In this document: positions 37,089 to 46,837 of the stretch, one piece after another
Numbering within the stretch: position 1 is the stretch's first letter
How the letters are laid out: each line of letters begins with the position of its first letter
Source of the DNA: Planctomycetota bacterium
GTDB lineage: Bacteria; Planctomycetota; UBA1135; UBA2386
Assembly: GCA_016872675.1 (NCBI GenBank)
Contig: VGZG01000001.1
Location: forward strand, 77,182 to 141,181
Length of the DNA stretch: 64,000 bases
Direction of reading: 5' to 3'
The notes under the pieces: model-generated
Databases searched by the model: none
What the model was told of the DNA's origin: nothing
The model's input: only the letters and a program-made list of their open reading frames with translations
Made by a program: the position numbers and the translations under genes

Positions 37089-38890
37089 CCTCCCCGCTGC
37101 TCGACCTGCGCGCGTTCCTCGACCTGCTGCGGCGGGAAGGCGACCTCGTGACCATCGACGCCGAGGTCGACCCGGACCTCGAAGCCGCCGAGGTGCACCG
37201 CCGCGTCATCGCCGCCGGCGGCCCCGCCCTGCTGTTCCGCCGCGTCAAGGGCTCGCCGTGGCCGGTGGTGACCAACCTGTTCGGCGCCGTGCGTCGCGTC
37301 GAACTCGCGTTCGGCCGCCGCCCGCTCGAGCTGGTCCAGCGCCTTGCCGACGCGCCGCACACGATGCTGCCGCCGAGTCTCGGCAAGTTGTGGGCCCAGC
37401 GCGACCTGATCGGCTCGCTGCTCAAGGTCGGGCGCAAGCGCGTGCGCCGGGCGCCGCTGCTCGAGGTGCAGGACCGGCCGCCGGCATTGAACCGCCTGCC
37501 GCTGCTGCGCACGTGGAGCGAGGACGGCGGGCCGTTCGTCACGCTGCCGCTGGTCTACACCGAGCACCCGCGCGGGCTCGGCAGCAACCTCGGCATGTAC
37601 CGCATCCAGCGGCACGGCGATGACCGCGTCGGCCTGCACGTGCAGATCGGCAAGGGCGGCGGCTTCCACCTCGCCGAGCACGAGCGCCTCAGCACGCCGA
37701 TGCCGGTCGCCGTGCACATCGGCGGGCCGCCGGCGCTGATCCTGTCGGCGATCGCGCCGCTGCCGGAGAACGTGCCCGAGGTGCTGCTGTGCTCGCTGCT
37801 GCTCGGCCAGCGCCTGCGCAGCGCCAGGTCGGCGCACACGCCGCTGCCGCTGCAGGCCGACGCCGAGTTCTGCATCCTCGGCGACGTGCATCCGGGCGAG
37901 CGCCACCCCGAGGGCCCGTTCGGCGACCACTACGGCTACTACTCGCTGCGCCACGACTACCCGCTGGTGCGCGTGCACACGCTGGCGCGCCGGCGCGAAC
38001 CGATCCTCGCCGCCACCGTGGTCGGCAAGCCGCGCCAGGAGGACTTCTTCCTCGGCGACTACCTGCAGGAACTGCTGCTGCCGCTCGCCAAGGTGGCGAT
38101 GCCGCAGGTCAAGGACCTGTGGTCGTACGGCGAGACCGGCTACCACGCGCTCGCGTCCGCCGTGGTGCAGGAGCGCTACGGCCGCGAAGCGATGCAGAGC
38201 GCCTTCCGCATCCTCGGCGAAGGCCAGCTCAGCCTGACCAAGTTCCTGCTGCTGACCGACAAGCCGGTCGACCTGCGCGACTTCAAGACGACGCTCGCGC
38301 ACATCCTCGCGCGCACGCGCTTCCAGACCGACCTGTACGTGTTCGGCAGCCTGTCGATGGACACGCTCGACTACGCCGGCCCGGCGGTCAACAAGGGCAG
38401 CAAGGGTGTGCTACTTGGTCTCGGCGAGCCGGTGCGAACGCTGCCGACCGAGTTCTCCGGCGCGCTGCCGCCGCAGTTCGAAAAGGCGCGCGTGTTCTGC
38501 CCCGGCTGCCTCGTCGTGCAAGGGCCGGCCTTCGCCGGTTGGCGCACGGCCGCGCGCGACCTCGCGCAGGTCCCAGCGCTCGCCAGTTGGCCGCTCGTCG
38601 TGCTGGTCGACGACGCCGACAAGGCCGCGAAGTCGGCGGTCAACTTCCTGTGGACGACGTTCACGCGCTTCGAGCCGGCGTCCGACCTGCACGGCAAGGA
38701 CCTGCAGCTCGTGCGCACGCAGCCCAGTTGGACGCCGCCGGTCGTGATCGACGCGCGCATGAAGCCGACGTATCCGAAGGAACTGTTCTGCGACCCGGAC
38801 ACCGCCAAGAAGGTGTCGGCGCGCTGGCGCGAGTACTTCCCGACGCGCGACGTCGCCATGGGCGACAGCGACCGCGGCCACCTCGATTGA
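37085..38890 (+). CDS. UbiD-family (prFMN-dependent) decarboxylase
   Basis: Start ATG 37085 (ATGA overlap with lpxB). Blocks: LRAFLDLLRREGDLVTI, GPALLF, GMYRIQ, GGPPA, EGPFGDHYGYY. Confidence 0.87.
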   Translation: MTSPLLDLRAFLDLLRREGDLVTIDAEVDPDLEAAEVHRRVIAAGGPALLFRRVKGSPWPVVTNLFGAVRRVELAFGRRPLELVQRLADAPHTMLPPSLGKLWAQRDLIGSLLKVGRKRVRRAPLLEVQDRPPALNRLPLLRTWSEDGGPFVTLPLVYTEHPRGLGSNLGMYRIQRHGDDRVGLHVQIGKGGGFHLAEHERLSTPMPVAVHIGGPPALILSAIAPLPENVPEVLLCSLLLGQRLRSARSAHTPLPLQADAEFCILGDVHPGERHPEGPFGDHYGYYSLRHDYPLVRVHTLARRREPILAATVVGKPRQEDFFLGDYLQELLLPLAKVAMPQVKDLWSYGETGYHALASAVVQERYGREAMQSAFRILGEGQLSLTKFLLLTDKPVDLRDFKTTLAHILARTRFQTDLYVFGSLSMDTLDYAGPAVNKGSKGVLLGLGEPVRTLPTEFSGALPPQFEKARVFCPGCLVVQGPAFAGWRTAARDLAQVPALASWPLVVLVDDADKAAKSAVNFLWTTFTRFEPASDLHGKDLQLVRTQPSWTPPVVIDARMKPTYPKELFCDPDTAKKVSARWREYFPTRDVAMGDSDRGHLD

Positions 38891-38927
38891 CGCGAGCGCG
38901 TCGTCGCAGTCCCATCCTCGCCCCGCC

Positions 38928-39260
38928 ATGAGCTACCGCGACCTCGATCCGACCGACGCGCAGAAGGAACTCGCCGCCGACCCGACGCTGCGCATCCTCG
39001 ACGTGCGCACGCTGCCAGAGCACCAGAGCCATAGGCTGCCGGGCGCGGCGCTGGTGCCGGTGCAGGAGCTCGCGCTGCGCCTGGGCGAACTCGACAAGAA
39101 CGCCAACTGGCTGGTGCACTGCGAGCACGGCGTGCGCAGCCGCACCGCCTGCGACATCCTGGCGAAGGCGGGCTTCGCCAAGCTCGCCAACCTGCGCGGC
39201 GGCATCGCGCAGTGGGCTAGCTGCGGCCTGCCGTTCGTGCGCGGCGCCGGCGGCCGGTGA
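38928..39260 (+). CDS. Single-domain rhodanese-like sulfurtransferase
   Basis: ILDVRTLPEHQSHRLPGA and active-site loop CEHGVRS. 110 aa. Confidence 0.85.
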   Translation: MSYRDLDPTDAQKELAADPTLRILDVRTLPEHQSHRLPGAALVPVQELALRLGELDKNANWLVHCEHGVRSRTACDILAKAGFAKLANLRGGIAQWASCGLPFVRGAGGR

Positions 39261-39284
39261 GTCGCGGACGTCGGCGCTAGTCGC

Positions 39285-40421
39285 TCACCGCGGCCAGAGC
39301 GCCGCGACCTGCCGGCACTCGTCGACGGTCGGCACCAGCGCCAGCCGGATGTAGCGCTCCTGGCCCTTGCCGAAGAACGCGCCCGGCGCGACGACGATGC
39401 CGTGTTCGCGCAACCGCTGCGCGTAGGCGACGCCGTCGGTGTCGGCCGGGACCTCGATCCACAGGTACAGGCCGGCCTCGCTGCCGTGCACCTGCAAGCC
39501 GCGCGCGCGGCACAGGTCGAGCAGCACGCGGCGCTTCTGCGCGAAGGTCGCGACGCGCGCCTCGACGTGCGACGCCTCGTTCCACGCCACCGTCGCCGCT
39601 GCCTGCACGAATTCCTGCGGTGCTGTGCCCATGCTGGCGCGGAAGCGCGCGTAGGTGGCGATCAGCTCGGCGTCGCCGGCGACAAACCCGCTGCGGTAAC
39701 CGGTCATGCCCGAGCGCTTGCTGAGCGAGTGCACGACGAGGCAGCCCTTGCGGCCGAACTGCAGCAGGCTCTTCGGCCGGACGCCGTCGTAGCCGAGGTC
39801 GACGTAGCACTCGTCGCTGACCAGCACGAAGCCGTACTCGTTGCGCGCCTCGACCCAGCGGCGATAGAGCGCGTCGGGCAGGCAGAAGCCGGTCGGGTTG
39901 TGCGGGTAGTTGAGGAACACCACGGACGCGCGCTTGAGCGCCGACTCCGGCAGCGCGTCGGGGTCGAGCGCGTAGCCGTTGTGCACGCCGAGCGGCGCGG
40001 CGTAGGTCCACGCCTCCGCGAACAGCGCGCCGATCTCGTACACCGGGTACGCCGGCTCGCCGTACAGCACGAGGTCCTTGTCGCTCGGCACCTGCACGAA
40101 GGTCATCGGCAGGTGGAACAGGCACTCCTTGCTGCCCATCGTCGCCATCACCTCGGTCTCGGCGTCGACCGTGACATCGAAGCGCCGCCGCAGGTAGCCA
40201 GCGACAGCGTCGCGCAGCGCCTTCGCGCCCTTGGTCGGCGGGTACTGGGAGACGTCGGCGACGCCGGCCTTGAGCGCGTCGCGCAAGATCGCCGGCGTCG
40301 GCTCGCGCGGGTCGCCGGTGCCAAAGTCGTAGATCGTCTTGCCGGCCTGCTGCAACTGCCGCTTCCAGCCGGCCAGTTGCTCCATCGGGTAGGTCGGCAG
40401 TTTGCGGAGGCGCTCGTTCAC
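39285..40421 (-). CDS. Class I/II PLP-dependent aminotransferase (succinyl-/LL-diaminopimelate aminotransferase-like)
   Basis: GTG start 40421. N-terminal LPTYPMEQL...[16 protein letters not shown] lysine block [15 protein letters not shown]. Confidence 0.85.
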   Translation of the reverse strand: MNERLRKLPTYPMEQLAGWKRQLQQAGKTIYDFGTGDPREPTPAILRDALKAGVADVSQYPPTKGAKALRDAVAGYLRRRFDVTVDAETEVMATMGSKECLFHLPMTFVQVPSDKDLVLYGEPAYPVYEIGALFAEAWTYAAPLGVHNGYALDPDALPESALKRASVVFLNYPHNPTGFCLPDALYRRWVEARNEYGFVLVSDECYVDLGYDGVRPKSLLQFGRKGCLVVHSLSKRSGMTGYRSGFVAGDAELIATYARFRASMGTAPQEFVQAAATVAWNEASHVEARVATFAQKRRVLLDLCRARGLQVHGSEAGLYLWIEVPADTDGVAYAQRLREHGIVVAPGAFFGKGQERYIRLALVPTVDECRQVAALWPR

Positions 40422-41410
40422 TTGCCGCCTCCGTCAACGCCGGCCTTGCCGCCGCCCGCCTTGGCGTCGAGCGCCTGCTGCATGGCGTCGCGAACGCGCT
40501 CGAGCAGCGCCTTGGTCGCGGCGATGCCCTGGTCCTCCGACTGCTTGCCGCCCTCGTACTCAATGCCGATGTGGCCGCGCCAGCCGTGCTTGCCGACGAC
40601 GATCTCGAGCATGCGGGCGTAGTCGGTGTGGACCTCGTTGCCGGCGTCGTCGAAGTCGTGGCTCTTGGCGCTGACGCCCTTGGCGAACGGCATCAGTTCG
40701 TCGACGCCGACGTAGCGGTCGTACGTCTCCTTGTCGCTGACGCGGAAGTTGCCGAAGTCCGGCAGCGCGCCGCAGCGCGGATGGTCGGCGGCCTTCAGCG
40801 TCTCCGCCAACCATTTGCCGTTGCTGGAGAGGCCGCCGTGGTTTTCGACGATGACGAAGATGCCGTGCTTGTCGCCGAACTCGGACAGGCGACGCAGGCC
40901 GTCGACGGCGAGCTTCTTCTGCTCCTCCCAGCTGCCGCGGCTCTGGGCGTTGACGCGGATCGAGTGGCAGCCGAGGAACTTCGCGGCTTCGACCCAGCGG
41001 TGGTGGTTGTCGACCGCCTGCGTGCGGCGCTTCTCGTCGGGGTCGCCGAGCGCGCCCTCGCCGTCGCACATGATCAGCAGGCTCTTCACGCCTTCACCGT
41101 CGCAGCGCTTCTTCAACTCGGCGAGGTACTTCTCGTCGCGCGCCTTGTCGGCGAAGAACTGGTTGACGTACTCGACGGCGCCGATGCCGAAGGAGCGCGT
41201 CTTCTTTGGAAAGTCGAGGTTGTCGAGTTCCTTGCCGCGCAGCGCGCGGTGCAGCGACCACTGCGCCAGGCTGATCTCGAACAACGGCGCGCGCGGCGCC
41301 GCCAGAGCGCCGAGCGACGCCGGCAGGCGGACCGCGACGGCGGCGGCGGTGGCGGTGGCGAGGAAGCGGCGGCGGTCGACTTGGCTTTGCGTCATGGTCA
41401 TGCGGGCCAT
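40418..41410 (-). CDS. TAT-exported sugar phosphate isomerase/epimerase (xylose isomerase-like TIM barrel)
   Basis: Twin-arginine signal [17 protein letters not shown]. Blocks IVENHGG and GHIGIEYEG typical of AP-endonuclease-2/xylose-isomerase-like barrels. Start could be 41410, 41401 or 41395. Confidence 0.83.
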   Translation of the reverse strand: MARMTMTQSQVDRRRFLATATAAAVAVRLPASLGALAAPRAPLFEISLAQWSLHRALRGKELDNLDFPKKTRSFGIGAVEYVNQFFADKARDEKYLAELKKRCDGEGVKSLLIMCDGEGALGDPDEKRRTQAVDNHHRWVEAAKFLGCHSIRVNAQSRGSWEEQKKLAVDGLRRLSEFGDKHGIFVIVENHGGLSSNGKWLAETLKAADHPRCGALPDFGNFRVSDKETYDRYVGVDELMPFAKGVSAKSHDFDDAGNEVHTDYARMLEIVVGKHGWRGHIGIEYEGGKQSEDQGIAATKALLERVRDAMQQALDAKAGGGKAGVDGGGK

Positions 41411-41534
41411 TGGACGTTCGCCGGCGACGGCGCGCAACCCTCGCCGCGCGGCCGGGCCGCCGCTATCCTGTTCGCCCTCCTGCCGCCCACGCGGCCCCAC
41501 CACCACGCACGAACCCGACTCCGCACCGTCAGCC

Positions 41535-42095
41535 ATGGCGATCCGCGTCACCGAATGCAAGAAGGGCATGGTTGTCCGCTTCGAGAACGACCTCTACCAA
41601 ATCACGCGCTACGACCACCTCACGCCGGGCAACCTGCGCGCGATCCACCACGTCTACCTGAAGAACCTCAAGAACGGCCGGCAGAAGGAGGTGCGCATGA
41701 AGACGAGCGACACGCTCGACATCGTGTACCTCGACTCGCGCGAGGCGCAGTACCTGTTCAAGGACTCGCTTGGCTACACGTTCATGGACAACGAGTCGTT
41801 CGAGCAGTTCGTGCTCAGCGCCGAGGTCATCGGCGAGTCGATGCAGTTCATCACCGACAACAGCAACGCGACGGTGGTGTTCTGCGACGGCGAGGCGCTG
41901 ACGGTGCAGCTGCCGCCGATCGTCACGCTGGACGTCAAGGAGACCGAGGACGCAGTGCGCGGTGACACGGTCAGCGCCGTGCAGAAGCCGGCGACGATGT
42001 CGACGGGCCTCGTGGTCAAGGTGCCAGCGCACATCAAGGTCGGCGAGACGCTGAAGATCTCGACCGAGACCGGCGAGTTCATGGGCCGCGCGTAG
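41535..42095 (+). CDS. efp: Elongation factor P family protein (YeiP/EfpL-like termini; loop tip TPGNLRA)
   Basis: Start ATG 41535. 186 aa, three-domain EF-P pattern ([36 protein letters not shown]). Ends EFMGRA. Confidence 0.88.
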   Translation: MAIRVTECKKGMVVRFENDLYQITRYDHLTPGNLRAIHHVYLKNLKNGRQKEVRMKTSDTLDIVYLDSREAQYLFKDSLGYTFMDNESFEQFVLSAEVIGESMQFITDNSNATVVFCDGEALTVQLPPIVTLDVKETEDAVRGDTVSAVQKPATMSTGLVVKVPAHIKVGETLKISTETGEFMGRA

Positions 42096-43458
42096 CGGCC
42101 GCGCGCGGCGCCGCAGCGACGGCGAGGCCAAGAGCGGCGATCGGCAGGATGTGCAGCGTCGTGCGGTCGGCGGCGACGCCGAGGTGCCAGGCGAGGTCGT
42201 GCACGGTGCCGACGAACACCGCCATGTAGGCGGCGAGCGCGAGGCCGCAGGCGCAGCAGGCGTGCGCGACGACGCCAGCGACGACGTCGCGCCCCCGCAG
42301 GACCACGGCCAGCGGCGCGGCGACGAACAACCCGAGCGGCAACCAACCGGTTGCCGCGCCGTCGAGCAGCAGTTCGAAGTGGTAATCCAGAACCTTCGGA
42401 CCATGCGTGCCGGCCTGCGCCACGATCCGGGTCGCAAGTCCGGCGCGCCCCGGCGCGTCGAGCATGTCGTTGGCAAGTCCGTACGCGACGATGAAGCGCG
42501 CCTGTCCTGCGGCCGCGAGCGCCGGCACGACCAACCAGATCGCGCGCCGCCAGCCTGCGACCGCCCGCCGCGGCCCCGCGAGCGCGCGCTCGGCGGCGAA
42601 CGGCGCCAACACCGCGCCAGCGACGAGCAAGCCCTCCTGCTTGGTCGCCACGGCGCCGGCGAGCAGCACGCAGGCGACCGGCCACCAGACACGCCCGTCC
42701 GTCGCGCGCGCCCGCGACAGCGCGTCGAATGCGCCAAACGCGAGAGTGGCGAGCATCACGTCGGCGTACGCCGTCGCGCCGTAGGTCGAGAACCGCGTGC
42801 CGAGGAACGCCAGGAGCGCGGCGCTGGCGGCGACCGGCCGCGCGCGCGCCGCCAGCGCCGGACCGAGCAGCAGCAGCAGCGCCACGCCAAAGGCCTGCAC
42901 CGGCGCGCGGTTCTCCCAATGCAGGATGCGACCGGCGGCGGCGAACGCCTGCATCTGCGCCAGTGGATCGAGCAGGGGGTAGTCGGCGTGGCTGACGAAG
43001 TGCGCCAGCGGTTCGCCGATGCGCGACCACGGACCCGCGAACAACGCCTTGGCCTTCGCGGCCCAGTTGAATGCCTCGTCGCTGACGCGGATCGGGTCCG
43101 CGGCCGCCGCGAGGCAGCGCTCGACGAACAGCGCGATCGCGACGCCCGTAGCCCACGCGACGGCCCGGCTGCCGCCGACCGCGGCTTCCGTCGGGGCCGC
43201 CGACGCGGCGCGGCGCGCGAGCGCCCAGCCGATGGCGCCGGCGAGCAGCGGCGCCATGGCGCCGGGCACCGGCCAGTCGAAGCACGCCTGGAGCAGCGTC
43301 AGCGGGGCCAGCAGGCACTGGCCGAGCAGGAACCCGTGCCCCCACTGCGGCGCGCGGCCGAGACCGGTGGCGCCGGCCACGAGCAGCAGGCCGCGGCCGA
43401 ACAGCGCCGGCGCCACGACCGTGACGAGGATCGTCCACAAGAAGCCGAGCAGCGTCAC
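42079..43458 (-). CDS. Polytopic membrane protein, GT-C (family 39/ArnT/PMT-like) glycosyltransferase candidate
   Basis: More than 10 hydrophobic segments. First-loop SDEAFNWAAKA resembles the GT-C DE motif. Start chosen at GTG 43458 (GTGA overlap with the upstream gene) rather than ATG 43506. Confidence 0.6.
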   Translation of the reverse strand: MTLLGFLWTILVTVVAPALFGRGLLLVAGATGLGRAPQWGHGFLLGQCLLAPLTLLQACFDWPVPGAMAPLLAGAIGWALARRAASAAPTEAAVGGSRAVAWATGVAIALFVERCLAAAADPIRVSDEAFNWAAKAKALFAGPWSRIGEPLAHFVSHADYPLLDPLAQMQAFAAAGRILHWENRAPVQAFGVALLLLLGPALAARARPVAASAALLAFLGTRFSTYGATAYADVMLATLAFGAFDALSRARATDGRVWWPVACVLLAGAVATKQEGLLVAGAVLAPFAAERALAGPRRAVAGWRRAIWLVVPALAAAGQARFIVAYGLANDMLDAPGRAGLATRIVAQAGTHGPKVLDYHFELLLDGAATGWLPLGLFVAAPLAVVLRGRDVVAGVVAHACCACGLALAAYMAVFVGTVHDLAWHLGVAADRTTLHILPIAALGLAVAAAPRAAATRGP

Positions 43459-43955
43459 GGGCGTGCCCACAACCGGTTGCCGCCGGGCAGTTCCGCCGCG
43501 GCCCACGCCGCCGCGTCGGCGGGCGGCGCGTCGCCCGCCAACTGCAGCACGCGCACGTCGCGCCCGCTCGCGGCGAGCCCGGCGGCGACGCTGTAGGGAT
43601 CAGCCACCTCCTGTAGCCACGGATCGGGATAGGCGAGCGCCTGCAACTGCACGATTCGCCCGTTGCGTCGGTCGAGCTCTTTGAAGCGCTCGGGCGTCAA
43701 AGTGCGCGGGTCGCCGTCGGGCCGCGCGACGAGCACGAGCGCAGGCCGCGGCGCCGCCGCCTGCAACGCGAACAGCAGCGTCGCGTCGTCGCCGAGCGCG
43801 CGCCGGATGCGCGCCTCCGTCGGATCGAGCAGGCGCTGGCGCCACGTCGGCTGGCCCGGCGCCGCGAGGCGCGCGCCCTCGGCAACCAAAGTCGCGCCGG
43901 CGCGCCAGGCGAGCGCCGCAGTGGCGACGAGAGCGAGTGCGGCGCCAGCGTTCAT
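43455..43955 (-). CDS. Hypothetical membrane-anchored protein
   Basis: 166 aa. N-terminal hydrophobic segment MNAGAALALVATAALAW. Coupled to the GT-C-like gene. No recognised domain. Confidence 0.5.
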   Translation of the reverse strand: MNAGAALALVATAALAWRAGATLVAEGARLAAPGQPTWRQRLLDPTEARIRRALGDDATLLFALQAAAPRPALVLVARPDGDPRTLTPERFKELDRRNGRIVQLQALAYPDPWLQEVADPYSVAAGLAASGRDVRVLQLAGDAPPADAAAWAAAELPGGNRLWARP

Positions 43956-44025
43956 CGGCGCGCCAGGATGCGGCGGCCGGCCAGCCTCGACAAGGCCCGG
44001 GCGGCGTCAACCGACCGCGCCGGCT

Positions 44026-45243
44026 TCACAACGACAACCGCCGCAGCGCCTCGGCCCGGCCCAAGGCGTGTTCGGCGCAGATACGCCGCAGTTCGTCGTC
44101 CTCGGGCCGCGCCACGACCGCGCCGCTCGGCAGGCGCGCGCACTTGAAGCGCACCGCCCCGAAGGCCGTCGCACGCGTCTCCTGCCAGCGCTCCAGCACG
44201 GTGCGCTGCACGCGATGGCGCCGCACACCGAGCGTGCCGGCCTCTTCCAACAGGAACTGTTCCAACGGTCGCACCCGTGCGTCGTCGCACAGCGCCGTCA
44301 ACAGCACGCCGGTGCGGCCCTTCTTCATCGTGATCGCGGTCGCGAATGCGTCGACGGCGCCGCGCGCCAGCAACTCGTCGAGCAGCCAGCCGACCTGCTC
44401 GCCGGTGGCGGTGTCGACGTGGCACTGCAGCTCGCACAGTTCACCCGCCGACGTCGCCGGCGCCAGCGTGCCGACGCTGACGCGCAGCAGGTTCGGCAGT
44501 TCGGCGTCGTCGCGCGTGCCGGCGCCGTAGCCGGTCGCCTCGGTCGTGAACGTCAGCGGCTCGTCGAAGCCGTCGCACAGCACGCGCAGCAGTGCTGCAC
44601 CGGTCGGCGTCGTGCGCTCGCCGCGCGGACCGCCGCGCCGCGCCGGCACGCCGCGCAGCAGCGCCGCGGTCGCGGGCGCAGGAACCGGCAGCAGGCCGTG
44701 CTCGGCATGGATCGTGCCGCTGCCGAGCGCGAGGCCATGGCAGTGGATCGCGTCGACCTTCAGCAGGTGCGTGGCGTAGCAGGCGCAGACGACGTCAACG
44801 ATGGTGTCCTCGGCGCCGACCTCGTGGAAGTGCACCTCGTCGATGCCGACGCCATGCGCCGCCGCCTCGACTTCACCGATCGCGCGATAGACGGCCAGTG
44901 CGTCGGCAAGCACCGGCGACGGCAGTTCGGCGCGCGCGACGATGCGCTCGATGTCCGCGAGCCGCCGGTGCGCGTGGCCAGCGCCAGCCGCCGTCGCCAC
45001 CTTCGTCGCCACAACCGGCGTGAACGCGAACGCGCTGCCGGCCTGTCCGGGCACGTCGACGACGAAGCGCGTGCCCAGCAGACCGGCGCGTAGGACCTTC
45101 TCAGCGCGAATCGCCACGCCCGGCAACTGCAGCGATCGCACCGCCGCCGTCAGCGGCGCCAACGGCACGCCGGCGTCGAGCAGCGCCCCCACCCACATGT
45201 CGCCGGCCACGCCGGAGAAGGCATCGAAGACTGCGACTCGCAT
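44026..45243 (-). CDS. larC: Nickel insertion protein LarC (DUF111/UPF0272, nickel-pincer cofactor biosynthesis)
   Basis: Opens MRVAVFDAFSGVAGDMWVGALLDAGV. Also has HFHEVGAEDTIVDVV and TTPTGAALL blocks. 405 aa, full length. Confidence 0.87.
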   Translation of the reverse strand: MRVAVFDAFSGVAGDMWVGALLDAGVPLAPLTAAVRSLQLPGVAIRAEKVLRAGLLGTRFVVDVPGQAGSAFAFTPVVATKVATAAGAGHAHRRLADIERIVARAELPSPVLADALAVYRAIGEVEAAAHGVGIDEVHFHEVGAEDTIVDVVCACYATHLLKVDAIHCHGLALGSGTIHAEHGLLPVPAPATAALLRGVPARRGGPRGERTTPTGAALLRVLCDGFDEPLTFTTEATGYGAGTRDDAELPNLLRVSVGTLAPATSAGELCELQCHVDTATGEQVGWLLDELLARGAVDAFATAITMKKGRTGVLLTALCDDARVRPLEQFLLEEAGTLGVRRHRVQRTVLERWQETRATAFGAVRFKCARLPSGAVVARPEDDELRRICAEHALGRAEALRRLSL

Positions 45244-45340
45244 GGGTGGGGAACGGGGTTTGCCGGTAGACTATCGTGCGCCGCGAATCGACCGTGGAAG
45301 GGCCAACGGTCGGGAGCACGACGCCGCGCGAGAGTACGCG

Positions 45341-46804
45341 ATGCCAAGGGAGCTTGCGAACGAGCGACTGGGCGCCACGACCGCCGCTGCGGCCGCACTG
45401 GCGCTCGTCGCGGCGTGCGCTTCCGCGCAGGACGCGCCACCGGCCCAGCCGCCGGCAGCCGCTCCGAGCCTCGGCGCCGCGGTGGCGGCCCGACTCGACG
45501 ACGCCGACCCGGTCGTGCGCGGCGAGGCGGCGTTGCTGGCCGCGCTCGACGCCACGCCGGCCGTCGAAGCAAAGCTGCTGGCGCTCGCCAAGGACGAGCA
45601 GCCGGCCGCCCGCCTGCGCGCCTGCATCGCGCTCGGTCACTGCCACCGCGACGCCGCCCTCGACGCGCTGATCATCGGTCTCGGCGACGGCGCCCGCGGC
45701 GACGACGACGCCGTCGCTGCGGCGTTCGGCCTCGGCCTCGCCGGCGACCTCGGCGAAGCGGCGATCGCGCGCGTCCTGGTCGCCGCCGAACACGGCAACT
45801 GGAAGCGGCGGCGCGACGTCGTGCTCGCGTTGCTGCTCGGCCTGCAGCGCGACGCCGGGCCGACGGCCACTACGGCGCTGCGCCGCGCCTTCGACGACGA
45901 CTCGAACCGCGATCCCGAAGTGCGAGCGCTGCTGCTGGCGCGGCTCGTCGTCCACGACCACGACCTCGACGACAAGGCGCTGCTCCGCGCCATCGAGCGT
46001 GGCGCGCCGGGAGAACGCCTGGCGACGCTGCACGGCCTCGCGACGAACGCGCGCGCTGTCGGAGGCAAATTACTCGCCGAAGTGCTGCGCCTCGCCGAGC
46101 ACACGCTCGAGGACGCGGCGCACGCTGCGGCGCTGGCGACGCTGGCGCGACTGAGCCACCCGCAGGCGCCAGCGCTCGCCGCCAAAGCCTTGCGCACCGG
46201 CGGCCCGGCGGCAGCCAGCGAAGGCCTGCGCGTGCTCCGTCGCCTGGACGGCGCCGAGGCGCTGCGGGCGGTCACCGCGCAGTTGCTGAGCGAACGCAAC
46301 CCGGCGCGCGCCGCGGCGCTGCTCGCCGCGTACGAAGCGCCGCCGCCGCCAGCGTTGCGGGATCGGTGCGCAGAACTCGCGGCCGACGCGGCGAATCCGC
46401 CGGCGCTGCGCGCGGCAGCGGCGGTTCTGCTGGCGCGCGCGGAGCCCGCGCGCGGCGCGCCGCTGGCGCTAGCGCTGTTCCGTTGCACCGATGCGACCGA
46501 CGCCCTCGCGAGCCTTGCCAAGGCCTTGCTCCGCGACCCAGCTGGCGCGCCGCCGGCGCGCGCCACCCTGCCCGAAGGCGTCGACCTCGGTCACGCGACC
46601 ACGCGCTGGTCGGCGCTACTGGCCGCAGGCCACGCCGAAGCGCTCGAACTCGCGGTCAAGGCAGTGGCCGGAGATGCGACGGTGGCGCCGCCGCTGGCGG
46701 CGCTGCGCGCACTGCGGGCCGCGTTCGTGCTGCCGGCGCCGGCGCATTCGGCGACGCCCGCCACGCTGCAACGCCTCCTCGCCGTCGTCGACGACGAGCG
46801 CTGA
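45341..46804 (+). CDS. Secreted HEAT/ARM-like repeat protein
   Basis: Start ATG 45341. Signal-like AAAALALVAACASAQ. Repeated DPVVRGEAALLAAL / ARLRACIALG-type HEAT motifs. Confidence 0.6.
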   Translation: MPRELANERLGATTAAAAALALVAACASAQDAPPAQPPAAAPSLGAAVAARLDDADPVVRGEAALLAALDATPAVEAKLLALAKDEQPAARLRACIALGHCHRDAALDALIIGLGDGARGDDDAVAAAFGLGLAGDLGEAAIARVLVAAEHGNWKRRRDVVLALLLGLQRDAGPTATTALRRAFDDDSNRDPEVRALLLARLVVHDHDLDDKALLRAIERGAPGERLATLHGLATNARAVGGKLLAEVLRLAEHTLEDAAHAAALATLARLSHPQAPALAAKALRTGGPAAASEGLRVLRRLDGAEALRAVTAQLLSERNPARAAALLAAYEAPPPPALRDRCAELAADAANPPALRAAAAVLLARAEPARGAPLALALFRCTDATDALASLAKALLRDPAGAPPARATLPEGVDLGHATTRWSALLAAGHAEALELAVKAVAGDATVAPPLAALRALRAAFVLPAPAHSATPATLQRLLAVVDDER

Positions 46805-46837
46805 CCGACGCCCGCGGATGCACGCGCGGCGCGCGCT

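Noticed and set aside
42079-43458. GT-C-like membrane glycosyltransferase next to efp as a possible EF-P modifying enzyme (EarP analogue)
   Set aside because: The genes are convergent, overlapping only at their 3' ends. GT-C enzymes act on the extracytoplasmic face with lipid-linked donors, whereas EF-P is cytoplasmic. No supporting motif was found.
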